A DNA stretch of 63,369 bases, the filler included, from Reticulomyxa filosa (Eukaryota > Protista > Foraminifera): assembly GCA_000512085.1 (NCBI GenBank). It is 18 parts of 18 records of this genome, joined end to end, with 100 filler letters (N's around TTAATTAATTAA, not from the genome) between each part and the next. Parts side by side here need not be neighbours in the genome. Positions count along the whole stretch, not along the records: positions 10,784 to 18,674 come from ASPP01006396.1; positions 18,775 to 20,483 come from ASPP01027379.1; positions 20,584 to 31,080 come from ASPP01003628.1; 15 more parts are not named here. One strand, given 5' to 3'. This document shows, piece after piece, positions 10,784-24,455 of the stretch; within the stretch, counting starts at the first letter, position 1, and each line of letters starts with the position of its first letter. Made by a program: the position numbers and the translations under genes. The notes under the pieces were generated by a model. It had not been told where the DNA came from and searched no databases. It saw only the letters and a program-made list of their open reading frames with translations.

Positions 10784-13700
10784 AGTTTATGCAATCTTTT
10801 GTAGCGAGTTGTGCAACGTTGACTACAAATATACATATATGTGTATATGTGTGTTTATGCTCAGTGAAGACAAACGAGGAATATTGAAAATGCCTTACTT
10901 TTATCAAACCACACAAGAAAGTGACCAAAATGATGAACAAGTGTTTCCCACCATCTTTTTATTATGGCAAATTCCCTACTTTTTGCCCACAATTTTTATC
11001 TTTTCCGACGCTTCTGAGTTTTTGCTAAGGTTTCTTTTGTGTTCAAGTCGAGCCACGATCATACGTATACGTACACTTTTTTTGGATCGACTCAGTAAAA
11101 AAAAAAAAAAAATGAAGCAAAAAAAATTAAACAATTCTTTAAATTTTATTTTTAAAAAATTCACTCAGCAGTAATAATAATAATAATAAATGAACAGAGG
11201 TGCAGATTTGATGCTACCAGGAGTGTCGTGGACGACTCATGAGGAAATGAAACGGGTGTTTGGACAAAAGTCAAAGACGGAGTGGATTGACGAAGAGATT
11301 AAGAGCCAATCGTACGTACAATGGATGCCCGAACTGAATTTGTGCGTGTGTGACTTGGAGCAGATTGAAACGCAAGCACTAGTGTCGATTCAAGTGGTTG
11401 GCAATCCATTGCCCATTGGAATCGGTCAAACCGTGATGGAGCATGTACAAATCGTTGCTGCACAGCAAGAAGCAAAACAGAGTGGGGACGACAAAAGTGC
11501 GCACGGGAAATTGATCCATGTGTTGCACGTATACCGCGATCGCTTATGGAAATTTGCGCAGACATTGGGAAAAAGCCCACCTCAAGGATTTCGATTGAAT
11601 AAAGTGGAGTCTATCGATGTCAATCCTGTTCCTAACATTTTCTCACTTTTGTTGGAGGAACCATCATCTCCTCAAGGGCATCTCCATACCGCTGCTTCTT
11701 CTTCTCATGAAAAGAACGAGGAAGAAGAGAAGGAAAAACAAGCTAATACGACAAAAGATAATGCGATGCGCAAGGTAAAAAAGAGCCAATTGTCCCATCT
11801 TTCCATGACTTGCAATCAGAGTTTTGAGTACTGCTTCTTGGTATTGCTTTTGGAGAAATGGTATAACCAACAGCTGCCTCTACTTGCCAGTGACATGTAT
11901 TATGAATTACAGGTTTACGAAAATCCCAAGTTTGTGTTAATCTTTTTTTTTTAAAAAAAAAAAGAAAAAAGAAAAAACAAAGGCAATAACAATGACAAAA
12001 AAAAAAGTTTTGGAGGCTTTCAGATAAACAAAGATATAAAAAATACGGAGTATTGCAAATTAAGCCGATTTGTAAAGCACTGTGAAGACAGAAGCTGGAT
12101 CAAAACTACCCAGAAATCGTCGCAAATGTTTATTGTCTCTGTGTGTCCAGTTTTGGATGTTTTCTGCTTAAATAAAGAGTTGGAGGGAGTAAACATATTA
12201 CATAAGTTCTGAGCCTGTGCTCTCTTGGCAAACATGTACATATATATTAGCAAGCAGTTGGCAAGTATTTGGTAGGTTTTAAGTATCCAAACTTCACCGT
12301 ACCATTCATTGATGCATTTTTTCAATGGTGCAATTCGAATCGTCTTGATTTGTCCCAAAGCGATTTTACTACAGATAAAATGCCAGGTTTTTTCTTTTTT
12401 TTTTTTTGCAGCTAAGTGCAAGATAACATGGAATTAAACATTCGCAAATAAAAGACATGTTAGAAAAATGGATTCAAAGCAAGATAGGAGTGGAGGAGAT
12501 TTGTGAAAGCGCAAAAACCGATTTTGTGGAGTGGATCGGAGGCTTTGAAACAATCGAAATCTATGGAGCCATAAAAACCTTTGAGTTGGCACTAGTGCAA
12601 GAATTTGATCTTCAATTAGTTACTTATTTGTTTGAGACTCTTTAGACCAAACAAAAAAATATCATATATAAACATATGTATGTGTATATGTATATGTATG
12701 TATATGTTTAAACATAATGAATGAAAAAAAGAAACCAGCAAGCAACAATAATGCAGTATTTATGGAGCAATTTTTAGCGACATTAAAATACGGAGTAACT
12801 CCGAAAATGTTGCCAATACAGGTTTCCGTGTTGTGCTCAAAGCAATATTTCTACACGAAAAAACCGAGCCATGAGATAACGGATACGTCTGTGCTCCAAC
12901 GTTCGCTGGTACACTCCATTTCCGTAACGCGTTGGAAGAAGCTAAGTAAGTTTATTAAAGACTTTAATGCGCATGAAAAATATGGAAAGTTGGTGCAATT
13001 CAAACCACTCCGAAAATGTTTGGCCGATCCCGTTATTATCGATATTAATTTCCAATCACTGTCGGATCAACTCGATGAAACGGATATTGCCCTTCCAGAG
13101 CAATATTGGTCTCCAGCACAGCTGCAAGAAGTTATTCAAAGCTTGCAGAAGCAATCTAAACCAACAGCAAAAAAGCATTCCGGACAAATGATTATTGCTA
13201 CCAAATATCGAGTTTGGAGTGAATCCTTTTTTTTTTGTTGTTATTATTATTATTATTATTATTTTTTGGGATGTTTTGTATTGTTTTAGATTAACCGTCG
13301 CTTGTATCCCATATTTGGAGACAATCTTTTGGAATTACTTCCAAAAGAGGCCATTATGTCCCATTTGACAAATTACGTAGAAAAGCATTCATTAGTGGAT
13401 CCGCAAGACAGATCCAAAGTGAAATTAAGTTTAGAATTGCATAAGATGTTATGTCAATCAAAACAGTTTGAAAAATGGAAATATACACTGTCCAAAGTGG
13501 CTCAAAACATTCAACCAAATCAATGGATTGACTGTAAAGATTTCGCAAAATTGTTAATAGTGCAAGGAAAACGAAACAAAGAAAAAAAAAGAGGGAGGGG
13601 GGACACAAACAGTTTTTATTGCAACTTTTATGTAATATATACAAAAATACAGAGTCGGAATCTATTTGGAGACATATACTGCTGTAAAAACTGATAAGGA

Positions 13701-13977
13701 GGAGCCACTCACATTTCATAGCGGTCGTGTTCCAAAAGTGCAAGTGTTTGTGAACAAACGACATCGGTTTCGAACAAAGATCCAAGGATTAGAGAAATAT
13801 CACGTCTCTTTGGAGGATTTTTCTGGATGTGTCCAAAAAGCTCTTGCAACCTCAGCATCAATCCAGAAAAATCAACAAAACATATCAGTTCAGGGGAATA
13901 TGATTCAACAAATTCCAAATATTTTGATGGAGGAATTTGGATTGGATCCTCGCTTTGTTCAAAAGTCAGCAAGCTAA
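10784..13977 (+). CDS. EIF2D: Eukaryotic translation initiation factor 2D (ligatin): PUA, SWIB-like and SUI1 domains; spliced, 5'-truncated
   Basis: FPTIFLLWQIP..LP, then GADLMLPG (PUA) and VLHVYRDRLW. SWIB-like LTNYVEKHSLVDPQDRSKVKL. C-terminal SUI1 TKIQGLE...QKALATSAS...ISVQGN. Confidence 0.88.
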
Positions 13978-14969
13978 AAAATAAAACTAATAAAATGTGC
14001 ACCAGATTGTTTAAGGACAAGTAGGAAAATGTAATGTAGAAATTAATTGTTTAAAAAAAAAAGAACAATACCTGTCAGCAATTTAATGTTTTTCTCCGTA
14101 AATCAATTTTTTGAACAACACCAAGAGTGTCCTTCCTTTCAAAATGAAAAAAAATCATGTGCATAGAAATTTCAGAAATCAAATGCAATCAGGTATTACA
14201 CTTGCATTCCCTTTATTGTCATGATGAGCAATTTTCCGACTATTAAATAAAACAAGAGCATGACAATTGCCGAGTGCTGACAAGTAAGTTGCGGCTAAGT
14301 CGAAAAATTTCGAAAAAGCGTGCCATTTTAGGTGATTGATAAAAACAAAAAGCATATATATTAAAAAAGAAAGCAAAAACAAGGTGAATGTGTATTTATT
14401 TTACAATTATTTTTTCAATTATTCAGGAAGCGAGAAGTTAGCTCAATTTGCATCATTGGAGCATCGACTCAATGATCATTCAATGTATCAGTTTGTGACC
14501 AAAAGCGACAACAATACAATTGAAAGAACAAAGGCAATTAACATGGTTAGTTTCATAACGATCAAAAACTACACCACTTTTTTTTTTTTTTTTTTGTTTG
14601 GCTTTCTATGCAAAAATAATAAGACCTATTAAAATAAATAAAAATTAGAAATATATTTGCAAAAAGATATACCGTAAAGCTGTTGTTTCTAACATTGGAT
14701 TAATTGAGGCCAATGAGCAAAGGCACAACGCCTATGTTGACACCAGTTTTGCTATGGGTTTGGTAATTGGTGCTGACTCGAAATATATTCACTCTGATAT
14801 TCAATGTAAAAGACTTTGTGGAGGAATGAATAGTATAAAAGTAGTAAAAAAAAATCAAAGAATAAAACCAGAATTAATACAATTGGTGATTTTTTTTTTT
14901 TTTTTTTTTTTTGAGAGACAAAATGATGACTGATTTGTCGGATACAATTCTTATGTTTCAAATTAAAAA

Positions 14970-16154
14970 CAACAGACTAAAGAAGAGATCCAAGTAATTG
15001 TAGGCAATTGGCTTCGGAATGTGTGTATCTATTGGGGATGGATTAATGAATTTAATCATATGATCGCAAAATATGTTTTGCAAAAATGTATTTTTTCTGT
15101 TGATGAAAAGTAATAAACACAATTGGTTAGGTTTTCTCAATAGGCCAGATATTTTGAGCAAATACAGTCATTCCAAATTCATGCATGTTCTGTCAATTGG
15201 GCTGAATTTTCTCCGGACGAGAGCAGTATTCTGGCATGCTATGGTGATGGGGTAATTCGTTTATGGGATATGAAATCAGCCAAAGTGTTGAAAACATTTG
15301 AAAGACATTCAAGTGATGTGTATAGGGCGAAATTTTCGCCAGATGGTGGCATTATTGTTTCATGTTCATCAGATAAAACCATTCGGTTGTGGAATGCATC
15401 ATCAGGGGAATTGATGAACATATTTGAAGGTCATTCAAACTCAGTGACCGATGTTATGTTTTCATTAGATGGCCGCACAATTTTTTCATGTTCTGAAGAT
15501 AAAACCATTCGTGCATGGGATATAGAGTCAGGACAACCAAAGAAAGTATTATATGGACATTCGGATTCAGTAATAGGATTGAAGCTTTCTCCTGATGGCT
15601 CCCACATTTTATCTTTTTCGTATGATCGAACAATTCGAATATGGGATGTAAACACACTTAATGTAGTCAAGAATTTGAGAGGCCATTCCGGATCGGTGGG
15701 CGATGCACAGTATTCGCCAGATGGCCTGACGCTTGTGTCGTGTTCCAGTGACTCCACAATTCGAATTTGGAATGTAAAAACAGGAAAGACAAAAATGGAA
15801 TTGGAGGGACATGAAGATGATGTAAATAGAGTGCAATTTTCGCCAAATGGCCTCACAATTATCTCGTCTTCGAGTGATTCGACACTTCGGTTATGGGATC
15901 TAACATCGGGAAAAGAGCTCCATAAATTTGAAGGGCATTCCGATGGTGTAAACGGGGCTCACTTTTCACCAGACGGCCATTGCGTCATATCATATTCAGA
16001 TGATAATACAATTCGGTTGTGGAATATTTATTCTGGAGAAGAGATTCAAACGTTGGCACAACATCTAAGTTTTGTAAGTCGAGCGATATTCTCAGCAGAT
16101 GGCAGTACCATCATGTCACACTCATTTGATGGAACAATTCGGTTATGGGGATAA
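14970..16154 (+). CDS. WD40-repeat protein (about 7-8 repeats)
   Basis: Repeated GHS..V..A.FSPDG..I.S.S.D.TIR.W units in ORF 15270-16154. Upstream exon EEIQVIVGNWLR...GWINEFNHMIAKY, then an intron at about 15074-15143. Start codon uncertain. Confidence 0.93.
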
Positions 16155-16919
16155 TATGGAAGCAATTGTGCAACATAAAAATAAAAAACAAATCAATCTT
16201 TAAAAAAAAAAGAATATATTTTAGTAATTTTGTGCATAGAAAAAAAATAAATCTAAACCAAACTTTAAAAAAAAAATAGCTACTTTAACAAGGAATATTG
16301 TTTTTGATCAAGTAATTGAAATCTTGATCCAACATTTCTTTTTTTTTTTTTTTTTGAAAATAACCAATATTTTGAGAATAAAAAGGGTGTTGATGTATGG
16401 CAATGCACACTGTCACCAACTTAACAACCAAATTCTTCACTTTTCTTCTGCCCATTATGTTTTCCTTTTTATTTACTAAATTCATTTTTTGTTCTATTCA
16501 AATTGGCTCGACAAGGGTATCTTTCATGCTGCACTTGTATTTTCTGTATCCAGGTCTCTACATTGGTGAATTCATCTTTTATTTTAAAAGTATGTTTGCA
16601 ATATTTTACGCTTTTTGGTTTTTGACACGGCGAAAAATTTTGAAATTCTTTTCCAGCCAAAAGATATGAAAATTGCGACAAGTGCAGGAAAATATTGACT
16701 GATTTTTTTTCAAACGAAAGAAAAGTTGTAATTGAAAAGTTCAAAAAAATTCAACCCCCCCCCCAACTCTTCCTTAATGAGAGCCAGTAACACATCTTGA
16801 TTAGGAAGAGGAAATCAAAAATTCAAGTAGGCCCATAAAAATCTAAGAAACCTACTTTACTGAAAAAACGATCACAAAAATTTTAAAAATAAAAAAAAGA
16901 TGAATGGTTATGATTTTGG

Positions 16920-18566
16920 TTAAGCAGTAGATTGATTACTGGATTCTCCAATAATTTCATCCTTTTCTTTTTTTTGTGCCAACTCAGGAAGCCAGACAAG
17001 GGACATGCTTTTTTTCTTTTTGGGTCGGTTACTGCACCATCCAAATGTTTTGGTATTGTTGATTTCTTCCAGTTGCTTTGACTGTTTCGTCAGTTTGGTT
17101 TTTTCAGTTTTTCTTCTTTCATACGCTCTCCAGATAAGAATCGCATGCGAGAACAGAGCCACAGAGGTGAAAGCTTCGACTGCAATGCTATCAGCTGACG
17201 CTAACGACTTCAAACAAGCTCCAGCAAAGCCACTCCAGATCAGCACAAAAAATAGATACACGAAGCAAAAGTACATGTACTTGTCCTGTTCACCAAATCG
17301 GTCATACAGCCCAAAACAAAGTGTTATGACAGTCGAAAAAGCATTCAATTTGAAAAAAGGATGTACGCTACTTAACCAAAAGAGTAAGATACGGAATTTT
17401 CGGGAGCTTATCAGACAGTAATTGCAAAGCAGCGACGTGAGCCAATAAAAGCGTTACACTGTAGGACAAACGATTTCCCAAATCTAATTATTATTATTTA
17501 TTATTATTGTTATTTTTTTTTTTTTTTTGATACAATAAAACACATACTTACATATACACATATCAAACACATTTTTTTTTCATTTCAAAGTATACGTATA
17601 TAATCCTGTATGTGTTACGTATAGCGTACATAAGAACCTTCTTGTACATTCAAGCTAAATGCGCAAAAGCATAAAAGGAAAAAGCAAAGGGTGATGACGA
17701 ATGACAAGATATGGCTTTTCCAATCTATATATGCATATATGTATATAATTTTTTTTTTGTTTCTTTGCATTATGAGCATATATCAAATAAAAATTAACGA
17801 AATTGAAACGTAATGCAAACTTAATAAAAAAAAAAAAAAAAAAAAATGAAAAAAACTTCGTGAAGCTTTAAGATGAATTTCCAGGTTGGCATGAGTAGTG
17901 CGCCTCTTGGAGGTCTCTGTGTCAGAGAAACCAAATTCAGCTATTATTCCTTCCAAATTCCATTCGGACAGCACAGAAAATTTGGGGTCCAACAGCAAAT
18001 ATTCACCCACTCCTACACATCGACACAAGTGTCGTATAATGTGTGTATGGATGATGATACCGGCAAAGAAAAAAAAGGGGGAGTAGGAGGGAGGGGGAGG
18101 AGGGAAAATGGCTCCAGAGTGAACACATGGGGAACGGGGGGGAAAAAAAAAAGAGAAAATGTAAAGACCAAAAAGAGCAAAGCAAACAAACTTGGAAAAG
18201 GGACTAAATCACAAACACTAAATGAATCTTCGGCAATCTTCAAATGCAATGTCAAGTCTTGGCACTGTGTTGGTTTGAACGTGTTTCGATGTCATGTGTT
18301 ATGAAAAGAAAGAGAGATTTGTATAAACAAAAGATGCAAAAGGGAGTGGACAAATAAAAAATGGAACAATACGTCAAAAGGAAAGGACTCCAATTCAAAT
18401 TCTTCGGCAAAAGTAATATCCGCATCGTACTTGACACGAATCCAATGGCCTTTCAGAGGGTCAAAGCCAATGTGGTCTATGTCCACGTCCCAGGAGTAAT
18501 CGGGATTATATCCATTTGACCTGTGGGTACTTCCATTATCCGGAGCCAAAAAACTTGGATGATCAC
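16920..18566 (-). CDS. Cys-less (Pro-loop) pentameric ligand-gated ion channel subunit, 5'-truncated
   Basis: GT-AG exons 18566-18373, 18264-18192, 18012-17857, 17724-17638, 17483-17377 and 17285-16920 join in frame. They give FELESFPFD|CQDL (Pro-loop), LSEWNL, pre-M1 LKASRNW, M1, M2 RLSYSVTLLLAHVA, LPKIPYLTLL|DKY (M2-M3), M3 and M4. Confidence 0.88.
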
Positions 18567-18939
18567 CTCGTTTAAATTTGAAAATGGCTTTGAATTATAT
18601 ATATATGATGTATATGTACATATACATATATATATATATATACATTTATGTGTATATATAAATACTTGCAAATTNNNNNNNNNNNNNNNNNNNNNNNNNN
18701 NNNNNNNNNNNNNNNNNNTTAATTAATTAANNNNNNNNNNNNNNNNNNNNNNNNNNNNNNNNNNNNNNNNNNNNTATCCTTGTTTTAAATCTTATCCTTT
18801 TTCTTTTTCATTACCATAAATATATAATGACTTGTAATTTACATAGCACAAAAAAACATAATAAATATCTTATGAATTGTGGTAAATAAATAATAATTTG
18901 ATATTTTTATGGAGACCACATTACACAGTGGCAGAAGAG

Positions 18940-19560
18940 TTTTTTTAAGTGTTACAGATACTGTCGAATTATGTGTCTAGTAACATTCATAATCAAATAT
19001 TTACATATATTATTCAAGACAAGACTGTTAGATCAAATTTTAATTTTAATTTTTGGAAAGCACTGTTTTATGTTTTCGGCTATGTATAAAAAACGGTCGT
19101 TCGGATATGGGATATTGAAACAACTAAACAATTTAATATTCAAAGGACATAAACATTGATTATAAGTGTAAAATATGGATCAAATGAATTATTGAATACA
19201 ATATTATCTGGATCTGCAGATAAAAGTGTTCGTTGTGGGATATTCAATCTGGTCACAAGTCCAAGTGTTCAATAGACATACAAGTATTGTATGATCTGTT
19301 GAATATTTACCTTTATAATAAAGTATAGCATTTGTAATTCAAGTGTGATATGCTCTGGATCATTTGATAATACAATTCGTTTTTTGGGATATTCGATCAA
19401 ATAAGAATTAATTGTATATATTAAAGGAGATGATGGTGAAGTCTTTACAATTAAAAAAGAATGAAAAGAATAGAAAAATCAATGGTGATATTGGTTATAG
19501 TATTAATTTGTGTTACGGTCCACATGATGGTTTTATCCGTATCTGGGATAGTGAAGACAT
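18940..19560 (+). pseudogene. Degenerate WD40-repeat gene
   Basis: Fragments TVRIWDIETTKQ, ELLNTILSGSADKSVR..WDIQSG, ICSGSFDNTIRFWDIRSNK and DGFIRIWD, interrupted by stops and frameshifts. Confidence 0.8.
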
Positions 19561-21000
19561 CTTGTTGGATGATCAGTATTTTCATTTACACTCTTAATCA
19601 CCGTGTTGACTCTTCACTTTCAAAATTGACTTTGATAATAAAATGTGTTGAGACAAAGATCATACAGCTGTGGTGTGTTATTCAAATTCAAATACTTAAG
19701 CTTAAACAAACAAAATATATCAGTGTCAAAATAAAATCGAACCCATTTCTTATCAATTTCTTTGAAATCTTTAATAAATTTTGGAAATTTGGACTTACAA
19801 AATCGATAAAAATGGACTTGTTCTATTGAATTAAGATATAATTGAAAATATGTTTGATTAGTGGATGCATCACGACGATGAAATGCTCATGCTTGAATAG
19901 TGTATATATTTGCTTTTGTAATAAGTGCTTGTTCAAATGCTATTCAATTTATACATCTTCATATGGAACTTTCAATTGTTTCGAAAGTAGATTCATCAAT
20001 TCTGAGTGACTGGGAATATGCAATGATTATTCTTTCTTTGCATTTGATTTACTATCACCATTTACTTTGTTTGTACTTCCACACATTGTATATTTGTTTG
20101 AATTGGATGACATGGTCAATGCTTTACAATCAGTAACAAATTTCTCTCACAAAAATAAAGACATGATTTATTGTTATCATTGCAATACTTACTTGCAATC
20201 AATATCTCTAATTTAGTTACAGTTTAAACATATCCTTTTAACCTTCTTCATTTTGATCAATATTTAAAATATTTCATTAAAAACATGCAACTAAACATAA
20301 GTGCATCAAATCACTTTCATTCATTGGATAAAGTGTATTCAATGGAACCATTTTATCCATCAATTGTTCACTTTTAACAAAACAGATTCTGATGTTTTAT
20401 AAAAACTTAAACGAATACAAGGAGCTTTATGACCAACCACAAGTTCAACAAATTTAAAATCCAAAAATCACGAACAAATAAAANNNNNNNNNNNNNNNNN
20501 NNNNNNNNNNNNNNNNNNNNNNNNNNNTTAATTAATTAANNNNNNNNNNNNNNNNNNNNNNNNNNNNNNNNNNNNNNNNNNNNGACAAATCCCTCTATTT
20601 TACAATCCCACCCCTTTTTTTTTTCTTTGGTGGAGAGACACACTAGCCCTTTACCCTTTGTAGCCTCCGCTCGTCGGATTTATCAACGCTATCACTGGCA
20701 AGTCGGAAATAGGCTCTTCATCTTCTGGTTGTTGAGCTATGCACCCGCCGATTATCATTTATTTTTATGAAGAATAGTCAACGATTCGTAACTTTGACAA
20801 ACTTTTCTCCTTGTCCTAGCTTTTTTACTGTTGTGTCCCCTTCTTTTGGTGTAAAGAGTTTCAAAGAACTTTTAAAAAAAATGGGCACTATTTAAATTCC
20901 AATTAAACCTTAAAAACAGAAAATATTTTTAAAAAAGTCGACCAAGACGTTTTTTTTGTTACATCTTTTAGATTCCATTTTTTTCTCGGGGGGCTAAAAA

Positions 21001-21627
21001 ATGGGTTGTAAATTAGGCTGTCCATCTTGTTTCCAAAAATTCAAGTTTTGGGAAAGTACTGATAAAATAGTTTTGCTTTCAAATGATTCAAGAGAAGATC
21101 ATCCCGATTTTTCACCTTTGAACCCAAACGGCAACAGTGATGACAGCTATTCGATGCATCCCTATTTGGACAACAAACCGCGAGCAACGCAAACGCGTAC
21201 ACTGACACCATTAAATAATGAAGTGTTACGAGTGCCATTGTATGGAGGGAAGTATTTGGCGTGTGGATATATGCGGCAATCGTTTGCCGATTTGTTGCAC
21301 AGTGACGCCAAAACGGAGGAGGAAAAAGCTAATGAAATTCCAGATAACATTGCGATATGTGTGACAAATTACATTGGTGGTGTTCACTTGTTAGGTATAG
21401 GCGATTATTGCATATTGCAAAACTTGGTTGACTTGCCAGAATATAACCATCTTTTGGTGCAATTGGTGGCTTTCAAAGAAGCCAAAAAACGTTGGCGAGT
21501 TAAGATTATCGAGTTTGACAAAAACCGCTTTCAAAAACGCTTTTTAGGGGTTAAACAAGAAAATTTGAGTCCCTTGATGAATCCTAAAGCATGGCCTGCC
21601 ATCAGCCATCCGCGTAATGTCATTTGA
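21001..21627 (+). CDS. Hypothetical protein with an N-terminal myristoylation/palmitoylation-like motif and a C-terminal SH3-like beta module
   Basis: Starts MGCKLGC. LQNLVDLPEYNH...RWRVKI...LGVKQENL resembles the protist/algal 'GL...PELNG...R..V...LKP.NL' module. Confidence 0.65.
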   Translation: MGCKLGCPSCFQKFKFWESTDKIVLLSNDSREDHPDFSPLNPNGNSDDSYSMHPYLDNKPRATQTRTLTPLNNEVLRVPLYGGKYLACGYMRQSFADLLHSDAKTEEEKANEIPDNIAICVTNYIGGVHLLGIGDYCILQNLVDLPEYNHLLVQLVAFKEAKKRWRVKIIEFDKNRFQKRFLGVKQENLSPLMNPKAWPAISHPRNVI

Positions 21628-22400
21628 CCGTCACTTTTTTTTTTTTAATATTCGCTACTAATAATAATTAATAATTATAAACCAAACAACAATAAAATAA
21701 TACTTAAATGATTTTTTGTGTCAAAGTCCCAAAAACCATTGGTTGCCATTTGGTTTTGGATTTGGAGGTGTGGAACAACCATAACGTTAATAGTAGACAC
21801 ACAAATACAAAAGGGGCAAGAGAGGGGGGGGGAAAAAAAAAAGGGTACACTCTCATCAAAAGTTATTTTCTACAAAAAAAAATTTTTTGCAAAGGTTATA
21901 CCAGGGTTTTGCAAAAGAATTTTATTTGTTTTGTTCAAATTGACTTTTTGGGTTTATCAAGTCACAACAAACTTTTATTTTGTTGTTTTACATTAAAAAA
22001 ATATGCGACATGGAAAAGAAATTCGCTTTTCATATTACTTAGATTTATCAACCCCAAATTGACCGTGTAGCATATCATTTTTTTTTTCACTTTTGAAGAC
22101 TTTCATAACAGCAAAAATTAAAAACACAAGGAATCAACCAACTAACTCGATTAATGTGCAAACTAAAAGAAAAAAAGGGTCCAAACTCGAAATATATTTG
22201 GCAAGTACTTTGCAAACGAATAATTGAAAATGAATGAGAATAAATGCTGTGATGACGAAAAGACAAAAAAATGTGTAGAAAATACTTCCGATTCAACCGA
22301 AAATTTGAAGAAAGACGAAGCGAAAAAGGGACTGAGCTGCTTGTTTGAGTTAGGACAAAAGGAGATCATTTTGATGAGGGAGGGATTGAGATAAGAGCAT

Positions 22401-23291
22401 GTGATCGAACATATCGCAACGTACAACAAAAAAAGGCCTATTTCAATGCGTTCAATGCAAAAACAGAAAAGTAATGCAGCGCATGTCTCGCAAAGCTCGC
22501 AAAAAGAGTTATCGTCGTCACAACGACAGCTGTGGTTAATTCGGCACGGAGAACGAGCAGACGAATCGGACGAATTTGACAGTTGGGCGCGGACAGTACA
22601 TTCAGAGAGATGGTTCGATCCGCCATTGACGAAGACAGGGGCGTTGCAAGCACAGGGTCGTGGCGAGTTATTGAGCGAACACTTGAAAGGTCATGAAAAA
22701 TTGCACAACCAATTTTGGTCACGGGTTGTATACGTAAGCCCTTGTGAACGAACTTTACATACGGCATTTGAAATTGCCAAGGAATTGGTTCGATCCAACG
22801 AAGAAGAGGGATTTGGCGTCACTTTGGCAGTGCGTCCTGGGTTGGGGGAGTGTGCATCAGCCGTTCGTAAAACAGGCCTTTGTTCAACATTAGACGAAGA
22901 GTTGTGTCTTAAACCTGTTTTTTTCGACAACAAATGGTTTCCGAGTCGTTTTTTGAAAAAAAAAGAAATTTTAGAAAGATTTAATGTTTCTCCTTTCAAT
23001 GGCAAAACATGTAAAATTCGATGGCAATTTACTTATGATCACACAAGTGTCAGAGAAAATTTTTCACAGTGCGTCGATAACATAATGAAGGAAAACTACA
23101 AGTACAAGATTGCAATTTGTGTCACTCACAGAGAAGGAATTCGATGTTTGGATGATCGCTTATTTCGTGCTCGAGTTCCTTATTGTGCTTTGGTAAAGTA
23201 TTTGCATCATCCCCAACAAAGTTCACATCAAAGTCACTATTCAAATGCTCATGTTGCTCGAAAACAAGCTTTTGAATTTTTAACGGAGTGA
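22401..23291 (+). CDS. Histidine phosphatase / phosphoglycerate mutase family protein
   Basis: LWLIRHGERAD (RHG motif), DPPLTKTG..QA, VSPCERTLHTA, GLGE, ICVTHREGI. Intronless 296-aa ORF; start may be the ATG at 22446. Confidence 0.9.
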   Translation: MIEHIATYNKKRPISMRSMQKQKSNAAHVSQSSQKELSSSQRQLWLIRHGERADESDEFDSWARTVHSERWFDPPLTKTGALQAQGRGELLSEHLKGHEKLHNQFWSRVVYVSPCERTLHTAFEIAKELVRSNEEEGFGVTLAVRPGLGECASAVRKTGLCSTLDEELCLKPVFFDNKWFPSRFLKKKEILERFNVSPFNGKTCKIRWQFTYDHTSVRENFSQCVDNIMKENYKYKIAICVTHREGIRCLDDRLFRARVPYCALVKYLHHPQQSSHQSHYSNAHVARKQAFEFLTE

Positions 23292-24063
23292 AGTTTTTGA
23301 TTGATATGATTGTTGGGCTGTTTTGATCAAGGAACTGTTTTTGAAAGATGTGTTTCGAATTTTAGCCACATTGGTTTTTTGGTGTCTTGTCAAAGCAATA
23401 TCTGTACTTTGTAAAAAATATACAAATCTGTGATGTGTCACATGTATCGGCTGTTGAATTGACTGTGCAAATTCATGCTTTCATTTGTTGGATAATCAAA
23501 ACAAACCACTTCAAATTCTACACTTTTTTCTGCAATCTTAGTTTTTTTCTTGCCAAAAACAGAAAAATGCAATATGTACAAATACATTTTTCGATATACG
23601 TATGCAAAAAATCGTGTTATGAAAGTGCAAATGTACTATTATCAACAATAATGTTTTATTAATTTATATTATTTATGCACAAGTTGTAAATTAGTTTGTG
23701 ATAATTCAATTTTAATAAAAATTAAAAATAATTATGCAGTGAAAATATAAAGCGAAAGTATGAAAAATGTTTATAAAGTCACTTACAAAAGCTATTGCAT
23801 TAACATGAACTATGATTAGACGTGTTTGTTTCGATTTATTTGCTATTAATTATTATTTTTAATTAAATAATATTGGTTACTCAGTTGGTGCACAAGCACG
23901 ACACTTTATTTTTGTAAATGATGAAAAAGTTTATATAAAGTCTTAAACTTTGTAATCTAAATGCAGTATACAATTGAAAAATTTTAAAAGCTGGAAATCC
24001 AAGCACTCTTTTTGTTTTCATTCGTGTGTACTCAGTAACTGTGGCAGTTTAGGAAGTACTGTG

Positions 24064-24074
24064 AACTTTATTCT
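24064..24074 (+). repeat. Left target-site duplication (AACTTTATTCT)
   Basis: Identical 11-mer recurs at 30118-30128, overlapping the last two A's of the poly-A tail. Confidence 0.75.
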
Positions 24075-24455
24075 AAAAAAAAAAAAAACTAGCTCCATTC
24101 ATCTTTATTTCAACTTGCTAAAAAAGTTGTTTTTGGAAGGGAATTTGAGTACAAACCAACTAAATACTTCAACATCTTTGAAGATTTGAAGTTTTTTTGG
24201 TTTTATTTATCGACATTTTCGATTGGATTTTTGTTGGAGAACTCCAACTAAAAATTTTTATTAATATTATTGGTGAAAAAAAGTATTTTATTGGATATTT
24301 TATATTGAGAAAAATTATTGGAGAGCAGTTCAAGGATTTTGGTACTCAAGGCATCATTGGAATTTGTGGAGATATTAAAATTTTGATTGGATCTTCGAAT
24401 AGCGCCAGCACCTTGCAAAATTTTTTGATCCATTATCATTGATATTTTTGTTAAT

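Noticed and set aside
14180-14760. Exon-like fragments between eIF2D and the WD40 gene
   Set aside because: Could not be joined into a coherent frame or matched to a family.
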